Origin: Candidatus Spongiisociaceae bacterium
GTDB taxonomy: Bacteria; Actinomycetota; Acidimicrobiia; Spongiisociales; Spongiisociaceae
Direction of reading: 5' to 3'
Length of the DNA: 64,000 nt
NCBI GenBank assembly: GCA_965262915.1
Contig: OZ253564.1
Location: forward strand, 1,024,001 to 1,088,000
The notes beneath the pieces were generated by a model, which was given only the letters and a program-made list of their open reading frames with translations, made no database searches and was not told where the DNA came from. Shown here piece after piece: positions 59,944-64,000 of the stretch. The first letter of the stretch is position 1, and every line of letters begins with the position of its first letter. A program made the position numbers and the translations under genes.

Positions 59944-61185
59944 CTAAGCGGGCGAGGTCCTTCCTTGGGTGTCCTTGTAGATACGGCCCCCTTTGATCAC
60001 TGCCACGATCCGGTCGGGGTCGGCCAGGACCTCTATCTCGTCCAGCGGTTGACCTTCCACCAGGATCAGATCGGCGTCCTTGCCCACTTCGACGGTGCCG
60101 ATCCGGTCCCCCATGTTGAAGAGTTCGGCGTTGGCCGTGGTGGCGGTGGCGATCGCTTCCGCCGGGCTCATGAACTTGGCCTTGTTGGGTAGCTCCCGGC
60201 CGCGCCTGTCCTGCAGGGGACCGACGATATCGGAGCCTGACCCGACCTTAACCCCGGTCTCTTCCATGATTTCGATGCTACGGCCGACAGCTGTTTCCAC
60301 CGCCTGGAGCTTGGTGAGCTGCGATTGGGTGAGGCCGGCCCTCTCCGGATCCGCCAGCAGGTCGTACTTCACCGTCAGTGTGACCACCGCGAAGGCGTCG
60401 GACTCCACTATTCGCGCTGCGGCGTCCTCGTCCATGATGCTGGCGTGCTCGATGGAACGGATACCCGCCGACAAGGCACGGCGAATGGCGTCTGAGGTAT
60501 GACAGTGGGCAAGCACGTATGTGTGCCAGTCGGCCGCCACCTCGACAGCGGCCCGAAGTTCCTCGTAGCTGAACTGGAGGCTGTCGAAAGGATCGGTGGG
60601 GGAGAGGACCCCGCCGGAACTGAACACCTTGATCTGGGTGGCACCCTTGCGAAGCTGCTCGCGGGCTGCCCGGCGTACCTCGTCGACGCCGTCGACTATC
60701 TCTGGGGTGGCCGACAGCCCCGGGATGCTTCCCCGGGGATGCTCGATGTGATGGGCGGGTCGCAGATCCCCGTGTCCACCGGTCTGGGAGAGCACGGAGC
60801 CCGACGGGAGGATACGGGGTCCGTCTATCACTCCCTGCTCGACTAGGCGAGCCCAGTGGGGGTCGAGACCTCCCGCGTCCCGGACGGTGGTGAAACCCTC
60901 CTGGAGGGTGTTCTCGATGATGCGCCGGACCTTGAACACGTAGTCGATCCAGGGCAGGTCGCCGATGCCGCCCGCCGGCGAGATCAGGCCCATGTGGACG
61001 TGGGCATCGGTCAGTCCGGGCATCAGGGTCAGCCCGGTGGCGTCTATGACCCGATCCGGGGAACTTCCCGCGCCGCGTCCGATCCCGCTGATCCGAGAAC
61101 CCGAGACGGCCACATCCATGCCCGCCCGGGGGCCGCCTCCGGTGCAGTCCAGCAGCTCGGCGTTGCGGATCACGAGGCTGGTCAT
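59944..61185 (-). CDS. Metal-dependent amidohydrolase (Xaa-Pro dipeptidase-like)
   Basis: MPGLTDAHVH, GFTTVRDAGG, QTGGHGD, QIK, AHC, SIEH and GSD. Confidence 0.92.
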   Translation of the reverse strand: MTSLVIRNAELLDCTGGGPRAGMDVAVSGSRISGIGRGAGSSPDRVIDATGLTLMPGLTDAHVHMGLISPAGGIGDLPWIDYVFKVRRIIENTLQEGFTTVRDAGGLDPHWARLVEQGVIDGPRILPSGSVLSQTGGHGDLRPAHHIEHPRGSIPGLSATPEIVDGVDEVRRAAREQLRKGATQIKVFSSGGVLSPTDPFDSLQFSYEELRAAVEVAADWHTYVLAHCHTSDAIRRALSAGIRSIEHASIMDEDAAARIVESDAFAVVTLTVKYDLLADPERAGLTQSQLTKLQAVETAVGRSIEIMEETGVKVGSGSDIVGPLQDRRGRELPNKAKFMSPAEAIATATTANAELFNMGDRIGTVEVGKDADLILVEGQPLDEIEVLADPDRIVAVIKGGRIYKDTQGRTSPA

Positions 61186-62234
61186 TGGTCGCTTCCTTCC
61201 TGGTAGTCGAGCTGTAACTCGGGGATCACGAAACTCCCTCTGTCGACTATCTGCGTATCGTCGACCCAGATGGAGTGATTGCGGGTCGGGACGTCGAAGT
61301 GGAACGGAACCCGGTTCTCACCGTCGAGGCCCCTCATGAAGTTGGCGCCGAAAGCGATCAGCATGTTGCCGTAGTAGCTCTCGGCGTCCATCACGCCGCC
61401 CGACTCCCAGAAGCGAAGACCGAGGGCGTTCCAGTTGGCCCGGTGCTCGTATCCCCACCCGATGTGGGATACGCCGTCGGAGCGCCTGTCCCCGGGCAGT
61501 TCGAAGTGATCCCGCGCCAGCCGGGCGTCGGTTCCTCCCTCGATCGATACGATGCTTCCTTCTCGAAGCTCCATCCGGATGGGAGACATCACGTAGCGAC
61601 CCAGATTGAGCAGGCAGTCACCCTCGTCCAGCACCAGAGTGCCTTCCGCCGAGTGCTCCAGCGGCGCCACCACCACCTGTCCGGACGGCCAGTGGTCCCA
61701 ACGGCCCGGCGTGTCCGAATACCCGTACTGCGTAAGGACCGGGCGGCCCTCGTAGCTGAGGGTGAGATCCGTCCCCGCCTCCGATCGGATACGCAGGGTG
61801 GTTCCCGCCTCCATGAGGGATCGGCTGGCATCTGCCCGCCGGCGGATCTCGGGGATGGGGAACATGCGGCGCAGCATGTCCTCGGGTTCGAGGATCATCA
61901 GCGTGCGGGCGCCGGCGTCGAGGGCCGCGTTGTGTGCATCGCTGTAGATCCATTCGGTGGTCAGCATTCCCACCACCAGATCGGATCCTCTCCAGGCGTC
62001 GATGATGGCCTGCGATTTCATCCAGCTCTCGTCAGAGGCCACCACGATCTGGAAGAAGTCGGCGCCGAGCACCCGCGCGGCGGCGGCCAGCGCGGTCGTA
62101 TACGCGTCGTTGCTCATGGTGTCGGTGAACCCGAGCACCGTCTCGCCCGGCTTCACGTTGCATAGCTTCAAATGGTCCCGGAACAGGGGGACCAGCTCGG
62201 CACCGGCCGCGGCGGCGGTCGGAACTCGACGCAT
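61182..62234 (-). CDS. NicX-like (2,5-dihydroxypyridine 5,6-dioxygenase family, M29-like fold) protein
   Basis: QYG..DTPGRWDHWPSG, SHIGWG, MDAES..GN...FG.N and HFDVP (His/His/Asp Fe ligands of the NicX family). Confidence 0.75.
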   Translation of the reverse strand: MRRVPTAAAAGAELVPLFRDHLKLCNVKPGETVLGFTDTMSNDAYTTALAAAARVLGADFFQIVVASDESWMKSQAIIDAWRGSDLVVGMLTTEWIYSDAHNAALDAGARTLMILEPEDMLRRMFPIPEIRRRADASRSLMEAGTTLRIRSEAGTDLTLSYEGRPVLTQYGYSDTPGRWDHWPSGQVVVAPLEHSAEGTLVLDEGDCLLNLGRYVMSPIRMELREGSIVSIEGGTDARLARDHFELPGDRRSDGVSHIGWGYEHRANWNALGLRFWESGGVMDAESYYGNMLIAFGANFMRGLDGENRVPFHFDVPTRNHSIWVDDTQIVDRGSFVIPELQLDYQEGSDQ

Positions 62235-62460
62235 CGGGGACTGCTTTCTCGGGCTGCTGCGGGCGTATACTACGGCCGATGTTGAGCGCTGCCCTCCTTC
62301 GCTCGACTTCCTCCCTCGCCTTCGCATGAGCCTCCGATTCGGTCTGATCGGTACGGGAGGGGGAGGCCATCTGTTCGCGGGGGCGCTGGCCGGACGCGGT
62401 GGCGGAAATCTACGAGGATGGCGGGTGTACTGCAGAGTTCGGCGCGTCGTTCGAACCGTG

Positions 62461-62673
62461 CTAGCTCTGTTGGAGGTTTGGCAGCCGAGCTAACTGTGCA
62501 GCTGGTGTCACGCGACAGCGAGCGCCTTGACCGGCTGGAGGTGCTCGGTATTCGTGAGCGGTCTCGCCCAAGGTACGGTGTTCGGGAGTTGCCAGTACTG
62601 CGTCGACCATTGTCTGGGCGATGCCCTGCTCGGTCATCCGCTCTCGGGCATGGTGACTGTAACGAACCTGCAT
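62461..62673 (-). pseudogene. DUF4258-like (putative toxin) fragment
   Basis: YSHHARERM...GI....V..VL..PE N-terminus. The C-terminus looks degenerate. Confidence 0.5.
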
Positions 62674-62783
62674 CCGCGAGTTCCTACGCTACCTTGGCCA
62701 TCGAACCGGACTGTATCCCTAGGCAATGGTCCGGCGCGACCCATCATCCCAACCGACACTATGTCCCCGACCGAACGATGGGC

Positions 62784-63812
62784 TCAGGTTTCATCGCCTC
62801 CGGCGGCGGGGATGAAGATCCCTTCTCCGAGCGGGTCGTCCTTGTCGAGCACCAGTTGGTTGAAGCCGGTCAGGTAGGCGGAGCCGGTGATGGTTGGGAT
62901 GATCGCCCTTCGCCCTGAGATCTCTGTCTCGGCCTCGACCGTGCCGGTGAACGTGGTGTTGAGGACGCTCTCGTGGACGAAGGTGTCCCCTACTCCCAGT
63001 TCTCCCCTCGCGAAGTGCCAGGCCATGCGGGCGCAGCTCCCGGTCCCGCAGGGGGAGCGGTCGAATCCCAGGCCGGTGGAGGTGGCAAGATTCTGGCCGT
63101 CGGATCCCGGGCTCCTGGGCGGTCCGACGTAGAGCAAGTGGTCGACTCGTTGCGGTGTTCCCGGGGGTAGGTCGGTTCGCTTACCGAGGATCCTGTTCAG
63201 TTCGAGTCGGATGCGGTGGCTGAGCGCTACCAGATCGGGCACCGATTCCACGCTGATCGGCGTCCCGGTCTGTTCGACTCGTACCAGGGCGAACCATAGG
63301 CCACCGAAGGCGAGGTCCACTTCGAATGCCTGTCCGTTGACCTCCACGTCCAACCCGGTCAGCGCTACCCGGGAGGGCACTCCCTGGAAGGTGACCGAAC
63401 GAACTTTGGTCCCTTCCACGCGAGCCTCGGCTAACACCAGGCCGCTTAGGGTCTCCACCACTACTTTGGTGACGGGTTCCACCGGCTCGATTCTGAACAT
63501 TTCCACCAGGCTGGTGATGGTTCCGATCAAGGCGTGGCCGCACATGGTGAGCGAGCCGAGCGCGGACAGGATCAGGATGGAGAGGTCTGCTTGTGGATGA
63601 AGCGCCGGAAGGGGCAGGACGGCATGCCACGGGGCATGACCGCGCGGCTCCCCTACCAGCAACTTGGCCAGGTCCGCATGGTTGGCCAACAGATCCGCTT
63701 CCATCTCTCGCAGGGTGTGACCCTCCAGTTCCGGAAAGCCGTCGGTCACGAGCCTGGTGGGTTCTCCAGCGGTGTGGGAGTCGATCACGTGTATGCGGCG
63801 GATGAAGGTCAT
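62784..63812 (-). CDS. Proline racemase / hydroxyproline epimerase family protein
   Basis: DSHTAGEPTR, EPRGH, MCGH and DRSPCGTG (two catalytic Cys). Confidence 0.9.
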   Translation of the reverse strand: MTFIRRIHVIDSHTAGEPTRLVTDGFPELEGHTLREMEADLLANHADLAKLLVGEPRGHAPWHAVLPLPALHPQADLSILILSALGSLTMCGHALIGTITSLVEMFRIEPVEPVTKVVVETLSGLVLAEARVEGTKVRSVTFQGVPSRVALTGLDVEVNGQAFEVDLAFGGLWFALVRVEQTGTPISVESVPDLVALSHRIRLELNRILGKRTDLPPGTPQRVDHLLYVGPPRSPGSDGQNLATSTGLGFDRSPCGTGSCARMAWHFARGELGVGDTFVHESVLNTTFTGTVEAETEISGRRAIIPTITGSAYLTGFNQLVLDKDDPLGEGIFIPAAGGDET

Positions 63813-63969
63813 TGCTAAAGCTGGGTCCTGTTCCGGTAAGACCTCGGCCGATACTTGCCGGCGGGAAAGCGGCCGACGAAGGTCATTGGTGAAGCTGGGG
63901 GTAGGGGTGACGTACTGCTAGATTCTGCATTCGTCTTCCTAGAAATTCGTGCAAAGGGTAAAGGAAACC

Positions 63970-64000
63970 ATGGGAAAGATCACCTATGCGACCATGTCGG
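63970..64000 (+). CDS. Start of a gene truncated by the window edge (possibly an aldehyde dehydrogenase)
   Basis: AAGGA RBS followed by MGKITYATMS. Only 10 codons are visible. Confidence 0.35.
   Translation, partial: MGKITYATMS

Overview
High-GC window, most likely Actinomycetota. An Acidimicrobiia-like, possibly host-associated origin is an inference from gene style only. The left end holds a type II Wadjet (TIGR02680/02677/02678/02679) anti-plasmid operon in the non-canonical order jetC-jetA-jetB-jetD. Its jetC is split by an IS1380-family element whose transposase lies on the minus strand and is missing from the ORF track. The rest is a mosaic of catabolic and transport operons: an Fe-siderophore-type ABC importer with a C45 Ntn-hydrolase; a sugar ABC with SDRs, lactonase, enolase-family dehydratase and tartronate-semialdehyde reductase; a peptide ABC with a Mo-hydroxylase and class III aminotransferase; an E1-alpha/beta plus free lipoyl domain cluster; and a NicX-like dioxygenase/proline-racemase/amidase cluster. 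Between these lie toxin-antitoxin modules, pseudogenes and IS or restriction-modification remnants. Two unannotated families of palindromic MITE-like repeats occur in four copies each. One copy sits between a ribosome-binding site and its start codon with a 4-bp target duplication. No rRNA, tRNA or CRISPR array was seen. All family assignments come from motif recognition by eye, not database searches.
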